A stretch of 64,000 nucleotides of DNA from Parcubacteria group bacterium (GTDB lineage: Bacteria; Patescibacteriota; Minisyncoccia; Moranbacterales; UBA2206). The position numbers and the translations under genes were made by a program. Below are positions 17,905 through 27,404 of the stretch, one piece after another. The DNA lies in assembly GCA_041674205.1 (NCBI GenBank), contig JBAYWF010000001.1:37449-101448 (forward strand), read 5' to 3'. The notes under the pieces are model-generated. The model made no database searches. It saw only the letters and a list, made by a program, of their open reading frames with translations, and had not been told where the DNA came from. Position 1 is the first letter of the stretch; every line of letters begins with the position of its first letter.

Positions 17905-19295
17905 TTTTTCACGTCGATTAAGAATTTGTTCAAATTTATTTTCCCGATAATCACCGGATATTTCATATGCGACCGGTCGACCAGCGTTATTTTTGTGGGA
18001 ATGGTTATCGTGTCCATCGTAAATTCGATGTTGATCATCGGGCGGTAAGTGTAGCCGTTGGATGATTTTACGGGAATGGTGGAGATGATATCGGGAACGT
18101 CCTTGTAAATTTCCCAGCGTTCTTTTTTATCCAATTTTTTCAAATTTTCATAAGGCATTTTTAATTTTTCAAATTCCTCGATTGTTTTTTCAAAGCCCAG
18201 CGCTTTAGCCAGACCATCATCGATGGACGACCAATCGGCGCCCGTGTCAATCTTGGCCTCCACTTCTATCGTCTTGCCGTCTTTTCCGACCAATTTGATT
18301 TTTTCCACGGTGCCGATGACTTTACGGCCGGAAATTTCCTCGACTTCTTCTTCGATTTCCCCTCCAAACAGATCCATACCCATCCGCACTCCCCGGGCGA
18401 TCGTTTTTATTTTGAGTCCGGAAACGCGCCTGAGCCTTTCCGCCAAGCCGGCCAGGTTGGCGACTTGGATGGAAAGTCCCGGGCGGGCATTGAGTTCCAA
18501 GATGACCGGTCCGTGGTTTTTATCGATAGCCACATCCACACCTAGGAATCCCAGGTTGGAAATTTCTTGTGATTTCGAAGCCAGGAGCAGGATATCTTTC
18601 CAATGAGGGATGCGGATGCCGCTAACAGGGAAATTCGTGCCGGGAATTTTTTCAATAAACTTATTTTTCCCCTGGATGGCTGTCGTAGTCACTCCGGTGG
18701 CCATATCGATTCCGACGCCGACGGCGCCTTGTTGCAAATTGGCTTTGCCTCCGGATTCCCGGGTGGGTAGGCGCAGCATCGCCATCACCGGAACCTTGTT
18801 GAAGACGATGACGCGGATATCAGGGATGCCTTTGTAGGAATAGGGTTTGAATAATTTCAAAAGTTGCAGACGCTCTTCAAAAAAAGCGATATCCGGCGTA
18901 TTGGACAAGGAAAAAGAGCCGTCCAAGATGTTGCGGATGTGGCTGCGCAAATCTTCAATAGTGATGAGCGAGCGGTCGGCTTTGACCCACGCGTCATCCC
19001 GTCCTTTCTTTTTCCCATAAACCACGACAATGCCTTCGCCGCCAAAACCGCGGTTGGGTTTCAGGGCGAAACTTGAAGGCAGGGATTGCCAATCAAAATT
19101 TTCTAAATCTTCAACCGTTTTTATTTTAGCGATCAAGCTCGGCACCGCTATGGCGTTTTTTTTAAGGACTCTTTTGCTGAGCAGTTTGTCGTCAGCCAGC
19201 CGTTTGGCCCGGAGCCGATTGTATGGGCGAATGAACTCAAGATTCCTTGAGTTCATACCGAGAAGCTTTTGGCTGTTTTTGAAAAATTCAAACAT
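17901..19295 (-). CDS. Fusion protein: alpha-L-glutamate-ligase-related ATP-grasp (sugar-transfer-associated type) + C-terminal retropepsin-like aspartic peptidase (DUF785, so-called ATP-dependent zinc protease)
   Basis: 464 aa. N-terminal 300 aa resemble RimK-related ATP-grasp (GFGGEGIVVV, GFLGVDVAIDKNHGPVILELNARPGL). C-terminal about 130 aa carry the aspartic peptidase signature KIDTGADWSSID. Confidence 0.75.
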   Translation of the reverse strand: MFEFFKNSQKLLGMNSRNLEFIRPYNRLRAKRLADDKLLSKRVLKKNAIAVPSLIAKIKTVEDLENFDWQSLPSSFALKPNRGFGGEGIVVVYGKKKGRDDAWVKADRSLITIEDLRSHIRNILDGSFSLSNTPDIAFFEERLQLLKLFKPYSYKGIPDIRVIVFNKVPVMAMLRLPTRESGGKANLQQGAVGVGIDMATGVTTTAIQGKNKFIEKIPGTNFPVSGIRIPHWKDILLLASKSQEISNLGFLGVDVAIDKNHGPVILELNARPGLSIQVANLAGLAERLRRVSGLKIKTIARGVRMGMDLFGGEIEEEVEEISGRKVIGTVEKIKLVGKDGKTIEVEAKIDTGADWSSIDDGLAKALGFEKTIEEFEKLKMPYENLKKLDKKERWEIYKDVPDIISTIPVKSSNGYTYRPMINIEFTMDTITIPTKITLVDRSHMKYPVIIGKINLNKFLIDVKK

Positions 19296-19298
19296 CGG

Positions 19299-19955
19299 CT
19301 AGATTTTTTTAATAATATCTTTGAAACGGATATATTCGCTTACCCGCAATCCTGTCCAGCGGCCGATTATGACATTGAAAGGAATGGTAAGCAGGATGAC
19401 CCAAGGGTAGGCGACCAAAAGCCGTATCAGCGCTTCCCAGCTGGCGATATAGAAACCTGCTACGGAAATGACCAAGGTTTCAAACGCCAAGATGAGAGCG
19501 GTCTTATTTCCTTTTTCAATTTGCACGGCGACGAATTTCTCTACCAGCGTGATCATAATGAGAATCGGGAAGATTGAGACGGAAGCCAGTCCGGTCCTGT
19601 GCAGGTTGCCGCCAAAAACAAGCAATAGCAAGATTAAAACGGCAACGATGGTTAGCATTATGGCTACGCGCGGCAAATAGAGGAGCCGGAAGGGTTTCAA
19701 AATGAAGCGCATCAGCATCCCGATGAAAATGACCGCCAAAAAAATCGCCACGCCGTAGCGTAGGCCGTTGGTAGCCAGAAAGGCGAAAGTGATGATAAGC
19801 GGCGTGTAGATGCCAAAGGCTTTGATGCCGACGACCTGGCGCAAGAAAGCGATCAGTGTCGCGATGATCGGCAGCATCAGGATTAGGATGATTGTTTCAA
19901 AAGGCACGCCCTCAATAAGGAAAAAACGGATTATGGGGCTGATATTGAGATCCAT
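19299..19955 (-). CDS. Polytopic (about 7TM) membrane protein of the type found with RimK-like ATP-grasp operons
   Basis: 218 aa almost entirely hydrophobic helices. First gene of the minus-strand operon, 3 nt from the next gene. Confidence 0.65.
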   Translation of the reverse strand: MDLNISPIIRFFLIEGVPFETIILILMLPIIATLIAFLRQVVGIKAFGIYTPLIITFAFLATNGLRYGVAIFLAVIFIGMLMRFILKPFRLLYLPRVAIMLTIVAVLILLLLVFGGNLHRTGLASVSIFPILIMITLVEKFVAVQIEKGNKTALILAFETLVISVAGFYIASWEALIRLLVAYPWVILLTIPFNVIIGRWTGLRVSEYIRFKDIIKKI

Positions 19956-19958
19956 TGA

Positions 19959-19986
19959 ATTTCTAATTTCTAATTTCTAATTTCTA
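19959..19986 (-). repeat. Tandem heptamer repeat (ATTTCTA x4 on plus; TAGAAAT x4 on the coding strand) abutting the start codon of the 7TM gene
   Basis: Four perfect 7-nt units, 3 nt upstream of the ATG at 19955. A 16-nt direct repeat TTAAAAATTATAAAAC x2 lies at about 20010-20051. Confidence 0.9.
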
Positions 19987-20043
19987 ACCAATGTCGGGAT
20001 GACAAAAAATTTAAAAATTATAAAACAAAAACGTATTTAAAAA

Positions 20044-20577
20044 TTATAAAACCCGGTTTAACTTCCGGCTATTGATATGGCAAATGGCGATTGCTAGGGC
20101 ATCGGCCGTATCATCCGGCTTAGGCACGGCTTTTAGGCCTAAAATGCTTTTGACCATCAGTTGGACTTGCTTTTTCTCCGCTTTGCCATAACCCGTAACG
20201 GCTTGCTTCACTTGCAGGGGTGTGTAGCTAGCTATCTTGACACCTTTTTGCTCCAGTGTCAAGAGGATGCCCCCTCTGGATTGGCCGACGCTGATTATAG
20301 TCTTTTTGTTTTTAAAGAAGAAGAGCTGTTCCACGGCCGCTTCGCTGGGATGGTACTTTTCAATGATGCTGGCAAGGTCTTGGGATATCTCAGCTAATCG
20401 ATTTTCTTCTGAGTTGCCTTTGTCGGTGCTGATATGTCCAAAAGCCACCGGAACAAGCGTTCCGGCATTTTCTTCAAGAATGGCCCAGCCTACGGTCGCC
20501 GTGCCGGGATCGATTCCGAGCACCCGCAACCCGGCATCGGCAGGTCGTGATTTGATTTCCCCCATTTTTAATTTCAC
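20044..20577 (-). CDS. ruvC: Holliday junction resolvase RuvC
   Basis: VLGIDPGTATVGWAIL N-terminal catalytic Asp, C-terminal DTADALAIAICH. Confidence 0.85.
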   Translation of the reverse strand: MKLKMGEIKSRPADAGLRVLGIDPGTATVGWAILEENAGTLVPVAFGHISTDKGNSEENRLAEISQDLASIIEKYHPSEAAVEQLFFFKNKKTIISVGQSRGGILLTLEQKGVKIASYTPLQVKQAVTGYGKAEKKQVQLMVKSILGLKAVPKPDDTADALAIAICHINSRKLNRVL

Positions 20578-21296
20578 TCTAAATTATCGAAAATTTCTTG
20601 GACATCGTCTTGGTCATCCAAGGTTTCCAGAAGTTTTTCATAATCAAGCTGGTCATCGGCCGAAAGCGCGGTTTTTTGCAGGGAAATATAGGATAGGCCG
20701 GCGTCCTCTATCTTGAGGCCCGCCTTTTCCAAGTTTTCCTGTACGGTTTTCAGATTTTCCGGCGCCGTATAGACAGTCAAGGTGTTGTCGGAATAGACCG
20801 TATCTTCCGCTCCGGCATCGATAGCTTTTTCTTCCAGCGCGTAGGGATCGGCACCTTCGGCAACGGCCAGATTGATGTTACCGACTTTTTTGAAATTCCA
20901 CATCACGCTGCCCATCTCGCCCAGTTTGCCGCCGTTCTTAGTAAAGATACTTTTGACTTCGCTGACGGTGCGATTCCGATTGTCAGTGGCGGTTTTGACT
21001 AACATCATCACATTGCCCGGTCCCATGCCTTCATAGATGATTTCGACGATTTCCGCGCCGTCTTTAAGCTCTCCGGTGCCTTTTTTGATGGCACGTTCGA
21101 TATTTTCCCGCGGCATATTGTCCAGGCGGGCCCGGTCGATCGCCAAACGCAACTGGAAGTTGGTTTCCGGATTGCCGCCGCCATCGCGCGCCATAATGGT
21201 GATCATCGTCGCGTGCTTGGTGAATACCTTGCCTTTTTTAGCGTCGTTAAGTCCTTTTCTGTGTTTGATTCCGGCCCAATGCGAATGTCCTGACAT
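20574..21296 (-). CDS. yebC: YebC/PmpR-family transcriptional regulatory protein
   Basis: MSGHSHWAGIKHRKG...NFQLRLAIDRAR canonical YebC N-terminus, upstream of ruvC as in many bacteria. Confidence 0.9.
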   Translation of the reverse strand: MSGHSHWAGIKHRKGLNDAKKGKVFTKHATMITIMARDGGGNPETNFQLRLAIDRARLDNMPRENIERAIKKGTGELKDGAEIVEIIYEGMGPGNVMMLVKTATDNRNRTVSEVKSIFTKNGGKLGEMGSVMWNFKKVGNINLAVAEGADPYALEEKAIDAGAEDTVYSDNTLTVYTAPENLKTVQENLEKAGLKIEDAGLSYISLQKTALSADDQLDYEKLLETLDDQDDVQEIFDNLE

Positions 21297-21365
21297 ATGT
21301 TTATCTTAAGAGTTAATATCCTATTATATTACAATGGTAGCACTCTGAAATTTTAATTTCAAGAA

Positions 21366-22109
21366 TTATCTGACTTCTTTCCCGTTATCCCAAGCTATTT
21401 CAAATAGCGGGCGGATGGATCGGGCCAGCTCTTCCGATTCGATGACGACAATGAACGGCTCATCTTCGAGGGAAGTGATGGCCAGTTTATTTTCACATAG
21501 GGAAAAATCCATATTGAAAGCGGGGATTCCCGGCAGATAGCGCGCTTGCTGGCCATTGGCGGAAAGTTGTTTGGCGACTTGCAATTCAAATGGGTTATGG
21601 GGGACCAAATGTTTGCCCCTGATTGGAATCAGTTTTTTGCGGTAATCTTCCAGCCATTTTTCGATAGCGCCAGGAAAATGCTTGCCGATTCTTTCATAGG
21701 ATGAAATAAAAAACGCTTCAGACGACAGATTGAATGATTCATATGTTTTCCAGATGCCTTCCTTCGTTTCATGGTAGGTTATTTTCGGCCGCTTCTTGCC
21801 TTTATTGCACAAGGTGCGAAAAATCGGGAGCATCTCGGAGAAATTTTTCGTGGTGGTTTTGAGTTGGAATAAAATAAGGGAAGGATCAATGGCTTGGAAA
21901 ACGCTGATTTTTTTGTCCGGCAACTCGCTGGCATAGCCTCGCTTGATCAATCCTTCCAAAAGCACATAAATAATCGAGCGTTTCAGTGCGGTTGTTTTGG
22001 CGATTTCCGTCACCGTGCCCCGGCCCAATTCTAAAAGTGCCAAATATACCTCGGCCTCTTTTTGGGTGAAGCCGGTTTGTTCCAAAAGTTTTACTAAATC
22101 AGTGTCCAT
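21366..22109 (-). CDS. TrmB-family HTH transcriptional regulator (paralog 2 of 3)
   Basis: TQKEAEVYLALLELGRGTVTEIAKTTALKRSIIYVLLEGLIKRGY winged-helix. Confidence 0.75.
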   Translation of the reverse strand: MDTDLVKLLEQTGFTQKEAEVYLALLELGRGTVTEIAKTTALKRSIIYVLLEGLIKRGYASELPDKKISVFQAIDPSLILFQLKTTTKNFSEMLPIFRTLCNKGKKRPKITYHETKEGIWKTYESFNLSSEAFFISSYERIGKHFPGAIEKWLEDYRKKLIPIRGKHLVPHNPFELQVAKQLSANGQQARYLPGIPAFNMDFSLCENKLAITSLEDEPFIVVIESEELARSIRPLFEIAWDNGKEVR

Positions 22110-22260
22110 ATAAAAAAGCGTAGCATAACGGCATAATTTGTCAATATTTTTGATAAAAAAATAATAAAAGCGGTAAATTCAAGCCAAAAAATAGGCAAAT
22201 ATAAATACAAATATCTTGATAAATTTTTAATAATATGTCAGTATCAAGCGTTGTTTTGAT

Positions 22261-22524
22261 GTGAAGTTGTTTAAAAACTTAACCGAGGACAGTACTATGC
22301 CAAAACTAAAAAGATATCTAAAAAATTTTGCAAACACTTTGGTGGTAATAGGCGGTTTGTTGGTAGTTGCAGTGTGTTTTTCAAGAATATTTTTAGGTGA
22401 GTTAACTGTCTTGGCTTTTGTAGCATTGTTTTTTGCCGCATGTTGTCCAGTGGCATGGATATGGGCTGTGTTTTCGCAAGGCACATACTTAGCGGGACAA
22501 ATGGAGGAGAAAGATGAACAATAA
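22261..22524 (+). CDS. Small integral membrane protein, hypothetical
   Basis: 87 aa with two predicted TM helices. Confidence 0.4.
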   Translation: MKLFKNLTEDSTMPKLKRYLKNFANTLVVIGGLLVVAVCFSRIFLGELTVLAFVALFFAACCPVAWIWAVFSQGTYLAGQMEEKDEQ

Positions 22525-22930
22525 TTGCAATCACCAAAATGAGCCGGGCAATTTTTGCAACCGATGCGGTATCGCACTGTTGATGTTTTTGATCGTTAGT
22601 TGCTCGGACGTGCCAAAAGAAAAAACAATCAATGAACAATTGGATTACTTCCAGAAAAATAAGATATATTTTCTGGAGAAAAGTGAGCGAGAAACAAAAA
22701 AAATCTTCGTTCGTTCCGAGCCACAAACAATTCCTGAGTTAGGCGTGCAGATCGTTTTATTGGAACGCGAGAAGGGAGGGTTGTTATTCAGTGCTTTTGT
22801 TGCAGCTGATGCCAAAATTAAACTGGGAGATGAGGTCGAACTCTATAATTTTATTCAAAGACTGAATAAATATCAGTATGGTCAAATGTTTCTTGTGGCT
22901 AGGTCTAAACGAAGCGAGCTTTTAAAATAA
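22514..22930 (+). CDS. Putative lipoprotein, hypothetical
   Basis: Signal peptide with lipobox-like LIVSCSD. Overlaps the previous ORF by 11 nt. Confidence 0.5.
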   Translation: MNNNCNHQNEPGNFCNRCGIALLMFLIVSCSDVPKEKTINEQLDYFQKNKIYFLEKSERETKKIFVRSEPQTIPELGVQIVLLEREKGGLLFSAFVAADAKIKLGDEVELYNFIQRLNKYQYGQMFLVARSKRSELLK

Positions 22931-22936
22931 ACGAAA

Positions 22937-22972
22937 ATGCCCCAATCCTGAAACAGGAGCGGGGCATTTAAT
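22937..22972 (+). terminator. Terminator-like hairpin
   Basis: ATGCCCC-loop-GGGGCAT with a weak T-run. Confidence 0.5.
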
Positions 22973-23061
22973 TTCTGCCAAATTAAAAATACAAAGTACT
23001 CAGCATATGGCAATTGCAATTATATTAAGTATGTTGGGCTGATATTTGAATCGGGACTAGA

Positions 23062-25116
23062 CTAGAAAGGTTTATTTAAAAAATAATTTATTTTCACATT
23101 TAGATTTTCCAATAAAACAAGGAACCAATGTTTTTGGGCTGGAAAATTCTGCGCGGAAAAATAATTTTTAACGGATGGATGGTTTTCTTCGGAAAATGCT
23201 TGCGCGGTTTTGATGCCGAGGCCGAAATTCAAAAGTGAAAAGCGGGTTTCTTTCTTGCTTTGCCAGGTGGGCGAGGGTGTGGAGCGGCCGAGATCCTTTT
23301 CGCTGAGGACCGGAGCCGGTTTTGGTTGCGCGGGCGTATTTTCTTGCGGCAAGATTACGGCTGTGATTTCCGTCGCATCCGCCGGCTTTTCAGTGGCCGC
23401 GGTTTTTACAAACGGAAGATTCCATTTCCAGCCGGACTTGGTTTTCTCATAAGTTGCGCCTTCGGCGATGGATTTTTTCTTGTTGCCGTAGCTGACATGC
23501 GAGGCGACCTTGCCGTTGGGATAGCGCAATTCGATTTTGCCTTTGGTGTTGGGCAAAGTGAATTTGGAAACCGCGTAAGTGATCCTGGCGGTTTTGCCGG
23601 GCTTGATGAAAAAATCTTCCGTGATCGGATGGTTGGCTAATTTTTTGGTGCCACTCCCGACACTCCAATTTTTAAGGTTGATTTTTTTCTTGGTAGCGTT
23701 TTTGATTTCCAGATATTCCTTGCCGGTATCGGCGCCTGCCGGATTGGGCGAAAGGCCGGTTATTTTGACGGATAATTCGGGAAACTTTTCCACTTCGATT
23801 TTGAAAGTTTCCAATTTATCCTCGCTGCCGTCATCCACTTTCAAGGTTACGGTATATTCTCCGGTTTTCAGATATTTGTGGCGGGTTTTTTGCAGGTAGC
23901 TTTTATGTCCGTCGCCGAAATCCCAGGTGTATTTCAATTTATCCTTGTCTTTATCGGAACCTTTGGCGGAAAAATCAGCGTAAGTGCCGACGTAAATTTT
24001 TTCAGGCACATCATTTTTGACTTGAGGCAAGTTGTTAAAAACATTTTCCGCGCCAGGCGTCAGGAATTTGCTCCAGCGCCAATTTTTGCCAGCGAAGCTA
24101 TAGGATAATCCCTTTTTGGCACTGCCGTCATAACCGGCCGTAGATATCGGCTCAGCGTTTCCGGGGTTATAGAGACTCAGGAGTTCCCCCTGCGTATCAT
24201 TGAGAGCCAGGGTGCATTTTTCAGCCGTATTATTTTTGACAACCAAGAAGCTTTCCGGCCCGATGGTTTTTCCTGAAAGATCACAGACTTTGCCGGAGCG
24301 GTCCTGCAGGAACCATTTATCAAGTTTTTCCGATTCATCGCTCGGATTGTATAATTCAACGAATTCATTTTTGTCTTCGCTATTTTCCGTATCAGGCTTG
24401 GGCAGGAGCTCACTGATCCATATTTTATTCGAATAAACGGTGGGAGGTGGCGGAGGCGGTTCTTTTGAATTTTGCGCTCCTGGCGTGGCGCAATCAGGCG
24501 CATCGGCATCTAAATTCATTGGTGAAAAACAGCTATGCCAATTTTCCTTGGCGGTTCCGTCCCCGGGAGCGTCATTCCGTTCCATTGATTTTTTGGTCGT
24601 CCCATTTTCACCGGCCAATGGCGTTCCGGTTCCATCGTCTGCCACATCGATCAAGCCGCCCGTATCCAGGGGCATATCATAAAGTTTATATCGGGCTGAG
24701 GAATTGGAAAGGGAGATGTCGGTATTCGCGATATCCGGATCGGTATCCAGGATCGATTTTCCGCCAGTGAAGGAATGGTCTTTAGAATTGTTGGAAATTA
24801 AAAAGTAACCGTTTTTTGCTAGGATGCCTTTATCTATGACAATCATCAAAGAATCGTTTTTATACAAGGACCAAGGAGTAAGGTTGAAATCGATAGAATC
24901 GGAAGTTAAGTTTTTCAGCTCTATCCATTCATCGGCAGTGGAAGCGGAGGAACCCATCCACATCAGTTCATTTATGATCACTTTGGGTTTTTCCGCATAA
25001 ATATTTTTTGAAAAAACAAAAAGCCCTGCCAATAAACAGGGTAAAAATGCGCAAAAATAAAATTTGTGCTTGTTTTTCACCCGGATTTTTAATTTCCTGT
25101 TTTTGTTAAAAACCAA
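23062..25116 (-). CDS. Secreted multi-domain surface protein with lamin-tail domains (LTD) and a PKD domain
   Basis: Signal/TM, then LTD signatures (VIINELMWMG...DEWIELKN; WISELLPKPD...EFVELYN; LEIKNAT) and PKD motif YTWDFGDGHKSYLQ...GEYTVTLKVDDG. Confidence 0.75.
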   Translation of the reverse strand: MVFNKNRKLKIRVKNKHKFYFCAFLPCLLAGLFVFSKNIYAEKPKVIINELMWMGSSASTADEWIELKNLTSDSIDFNLTPWSLYKNDSLMIVIDKGILAKNGYFLISNNSKDHSFTGGKSILDTDPDIANTDISLSNSSARYKLYDMPLDTGGLIDVADDGTGTPLAGENGTTKKSMERNDAPGDGTAKENWHSCFSPMNLDADAPDCATPGAQNSKEPPPPPPTVYSNKIWISELLPKPDTENSEDKNEFVELYNPSDESEKLDKWFLQDRSGKVCDLSGKTIGPESFLVVKNNTAEKCTLALNDTQGELLSLYNPGNAEPISTAGYDGSAKKGLSYSFAGKNWRWSKFLTPGAENVFNNLPQVKNDVPEKIYVGTYADFSAKGSDKDKDKLKYTWDFGDGHKSYLQKTRHKYLKTGEYTVTLKVDDGSEDKLETFKIEVEKFPELSVKITGLSPNPAGADTGKEYLEIKNATKKKINLKNWSVGSGTKKLANHPITEDFFIKPGKTARITYAVSKFTLPNTKGKIELRYPNGKVASHVSYGNKKKSIAEGATYEKTKSGWKWNLPFVKTAATEKPADATEITAVILPQENTPAQPKPAPVLSEKDLGRSTPSPTWQSKKETRFSLLNFGLGIKTAQAFSEENHPSVKNYFSAQNFPAQKHWFLVLLENLNVKINYFLNKPF

Positions 25117-25128
25117 TAAAAAAAGGGA

Positions 25129-25740
25129 CTATTGGGAGTCCCTTTTTTCAAGCGCGGATTTGATTGCGGCAGCCTCCGCTTCGGCCTTCTCTCCCTCAGC
25201 CCGTTTCTCGCCGGATTTTTCCAAATTCATAATGATATTTTTCAAAGCATATGGGTCGGCTACTTTTTCAAAAAGGAATTTTTCCTGTTCAGCCGCGGTC
25301 TGGATCTGGACGTCGCCGTAATTGAGGAATGTCGGGATGATGCCCAGGACCTCGGCCGAAACATCCTGGATTTTGTCTAATTCGACTTCGCTGACTTCGC
25401 GCGAAAAAAGTCCGCGCTGGGTGATATTGACAATCCTTTTGCTGGTGATGATCCAGACGTCGAAATAATAATCGATCCAAACCAGGAAAAACAGGACCCA
25501 GATGAGCATCGCGAAAAGGCTTTCAGAAAAAACAAGCAGGAGCTGGTAATCCGAGTCCGCCAAGATGGGGAATAAGGCTGGTAAAACGGCATAACTGCCG
25601 AACAGCAGCAGGAGCATCGTGAAAATCAAAAATAAATTTTGCAGGATGTTGAACCAATGTCGGTGGATGACGGTAATTATTTCCTCGTCCTCGCGCTTAT
25701 CGGCAAAATGGTAGGGGTTTGAATTGAGCATGGGTTTCAA
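25129..25740 (-). CDS. Membrane protein with bacterial PH (bPH_2 / YdbT-like) domain
   Basis: Two TM helices followed by a PH-like segment (DVWIITSKRIV...) and an acidic/Ala-rich tail. Confidence 0.6.
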   Translation of the reverse strand: MKPMLNSNPYHFADKREDEEIITVIHRHWFNILQNLFLIFTMLLLLFGSYAVLPALFPILADSDYQLLLVFSESLFAMLIWVLFFLVWIDYYFDVWIITSKRIVNITQRGLFSREVSEVELDKIQDVSAEVLGIIPTFLNYGDVQIQTAAEQEKFLFEKVADPYALKNIIMNLEKSGEKRAEGEKAEAEAAAIKSALEKRDSQ

Positions 25741-25965
25741 TTAGAAGGTTAGTTTGTAAAACAAGGAACTCCAGTCAATCGAGAAAAAAAGCAGCAGATT
25801 GGAGAATAATAGCCCGGCAGACACGGTTATGAATAGGATCAAGATGACGGTTTTTATTTCCGAAGCCGCCGAATATTTGACCAAATGGTACGCGATAAAA
25901 AGAGAGGCGAGCGTATAAATGGATATTATGGCCAGATATAGGATTAAAATAAGAAGAGAAAGCAT
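25741..25965 (-). CDS. Small hydrophobic membrane protein, hypothetical
   Basis: 74 aa, two TM helices, abuts the neighbouring genes. Confidence 0.4.
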   Translation of the reverse strand: MLSLLILILYLAIISIYTLASLFIAYHLVKYSAASEIKTVILILFITVSAGLLFSNLLLFFSIDWSSLFYKLTF

Positions 25966-25973
25966 CGTAGTGG

Positions 25974-27020
25974 TCAGATTAGTTTGTTATTATTCGAATA
26001 TTTTATGCCTAGGTGGTTGTAAGCGTGTTCGGTCACCATCCGGCCGCGCGGAGTCCTGGTCATAAAGCCGATTTGCAAGAGATATGGTTCATAGACATCC
26101 TCGATGGTTTTGATTTCTTCGCTGGTCGCCGCGGCAATCGTGCTGAGTCCGACCGGTCCGCCGTTGAATTTTTCGATGATGGTGCGCAGGATGTGGCGAT
26201 CGGCCGGTTCCAATCCGATCGGGTCGACATCGATCATTTCCAGGGCTTCCTCGGCGATGGCGCTATCTACGAATGGATGGTTTTTGATTTGTGAGAAGTC
26301 GCGCACGCGTTTCAGAAGGCGGTTGGCGACGCGGGGGGTTTGGCGGGCGCAACTGGCGATTTTGGCCAGTCCGGTGTCGTGGATATCCACGCCTAAAATC
26401 CGGCTGGATCTTTTGATGATATCCTTCACTTCTTCGTTCCCATAGAATTCCAGCCGGTAGGTGGCGCCGAAACGGTTGCGCAAGGGATTGGTGAGCGATC
26501 CGAGTTTGGTCGTTGCGCCGATAAGGGTGAATTTAGGCAGATCCAGTTGGATGGTACGGGCCGAGGGGCCTTTGCCGATGATGATGTCCAATTTGAAATC
26601 TTCCATCGCCGGATAGAGGATTTCTTCGATGGATTTGTTGAGGCGATGGATCTCATCGATAAACAGGATGTCTCCGTCTTGCAGATTGGTCAGGATCGAA
26701 CCGAAGTCGCCGACGCGTTCGATAGCCGGACCGGACGTGGTTTTGATATTGACGCCCATTTCTTTAGCGATTATATTGGCCAGGGTCGTTTTGCCGAGTC
26801 CTGCGGGTCCGTAGAGAAGGATATGTTCGATAGGTTCTTGGCGTTTTTTGGCGGCGCGAAGCAGGAAGTCCAGATTTTTTTTGACTTTCTCCTGGCCGAT
26901 ATATTCGGAAAAGCTCTGGGGACGCAAGGTATTGTCCAAATTATTATCTTCGGAGGTCGCCTTGGGCTGGGTAGCGGAGGCCGCCAGATCGGTGAATTGT
27001 TCGGAAGAATCGACTAACAT
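25974..27020 (-). CDS. ruvB: Holliday junction branch-migration helicase RuvB
   Basis: [22 protein letters not shown]alker A, FIDEIHRL Walker B, RuvB C-terminal winged helix. Confidence 0.95.
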   Translation of the reverse strand: MLVDSSEQFTDLAASATQPKATSEDNNLDNTLRPQSFSEYIGQEKVKKNLDFLLRAAKKRQEPIEHILLYGPAGLGKTTLANIIAKEMGVNIKTTSGPAIERVGDFGSILTNLQDGDILFIDEIHRLNKSIEEILYPAMEDFKLDIIIGKGPSARTIQLDLPKFTLIGATTKLGSLTNPLRNRFGATYRLEFYGNEEVKDIIKRSSRILGVDIHDTGLAKIASCARQTPRVANRLLKRVRDFSQIKNHPFVDSAIAEEALEMIDVDPIGLEPADRHILRTIIEKFNGGPVGLSTIAAATSEEIKTIEDVYEPYLLQIGFMTRTPRGRMVTEHAYNHLGIKYSNNNKLI

Positions 27021-27078
27021 CTGGTAATTTTAAAATTTATAATTTAAAATTAGGTACCTTAGCCCAGTATAGCATTGC

Positions 27079-27107
27079 TTGACAAAAAATAAAAGGTATG
27101 CTAAGAT
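27079..27107 (+). promoter_or_regulatory. Sigma70-like promoter TTGACA-17-TAAGAT
   Basis: Consensus -35 with 17-nt spacer. Faces a 230-nt ORF-poor stretch that ends at a terminator. Confidence 0.4.
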
Positions 27108-27112
27108 GCCTA

Positions 27113-27345
27113 GTCATATGATTTTGGCTGGAATATGCCTTTCGTATGGCTAGCAGTAAGCTGTAGGCAATTGGTGATTTCTATCTTTTGTCATCAATTT
27201 TGGGAACTTTTTATCAAGATATGGGCGGATTGGTGCAAGCTGGGCCGTGCCTCGATACTGTTCCTTCCCCGGGGGCCTAGCTCTTGGGACTTGCCTGCAG
27301 ATTATTGATTGATAGAAAAAAGCTCGGTTTATCCCGAGTTTTTTG
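27113..27345 (+). ncRNA. Candidate small non-coding RNA (unclassified)
   Basis: Bounded by the promoter above and the terminator AGCTCGG-TTTAT-CCGAGTTTTTTG (27320-27345). GC-rich structured core (GGGCCGUGCCUCG...CCCCGGGGGCCUAGCUCUUGGG). Only an 83-aa antisense ORF without features. Confidence 0.25.
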
Positions 27346-27404
27346 TTTGGGAAAAAAGAAAGGGCGGAAGCTCCAATGTGATGGAATTTCCGCCCCGGCA
27401 AAGG

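Noticed and set aside
19959-19986. Tandem heptamer array considered as a CRISPR-like or regulatory repeat
   Set aside because: Only four 7-nt units with no spacers, so not a CRISPR array. Kept as a simple tandem repeat in a 5-prime UTR.
22227-22726. 116-aa and 143-aa minus-strand ORFs
   Set aside because: Overlap and run antisense to the small membrane protein/lipoprotein pair. Neither has a domain nor an RBS.
27150-27401. 83-aa minus-strand ORF in the ruvB-GGDEF intergenic region
   Set aside because: No RBS or domain. The region is better explained by a promoter, a structured segment and two terminators.
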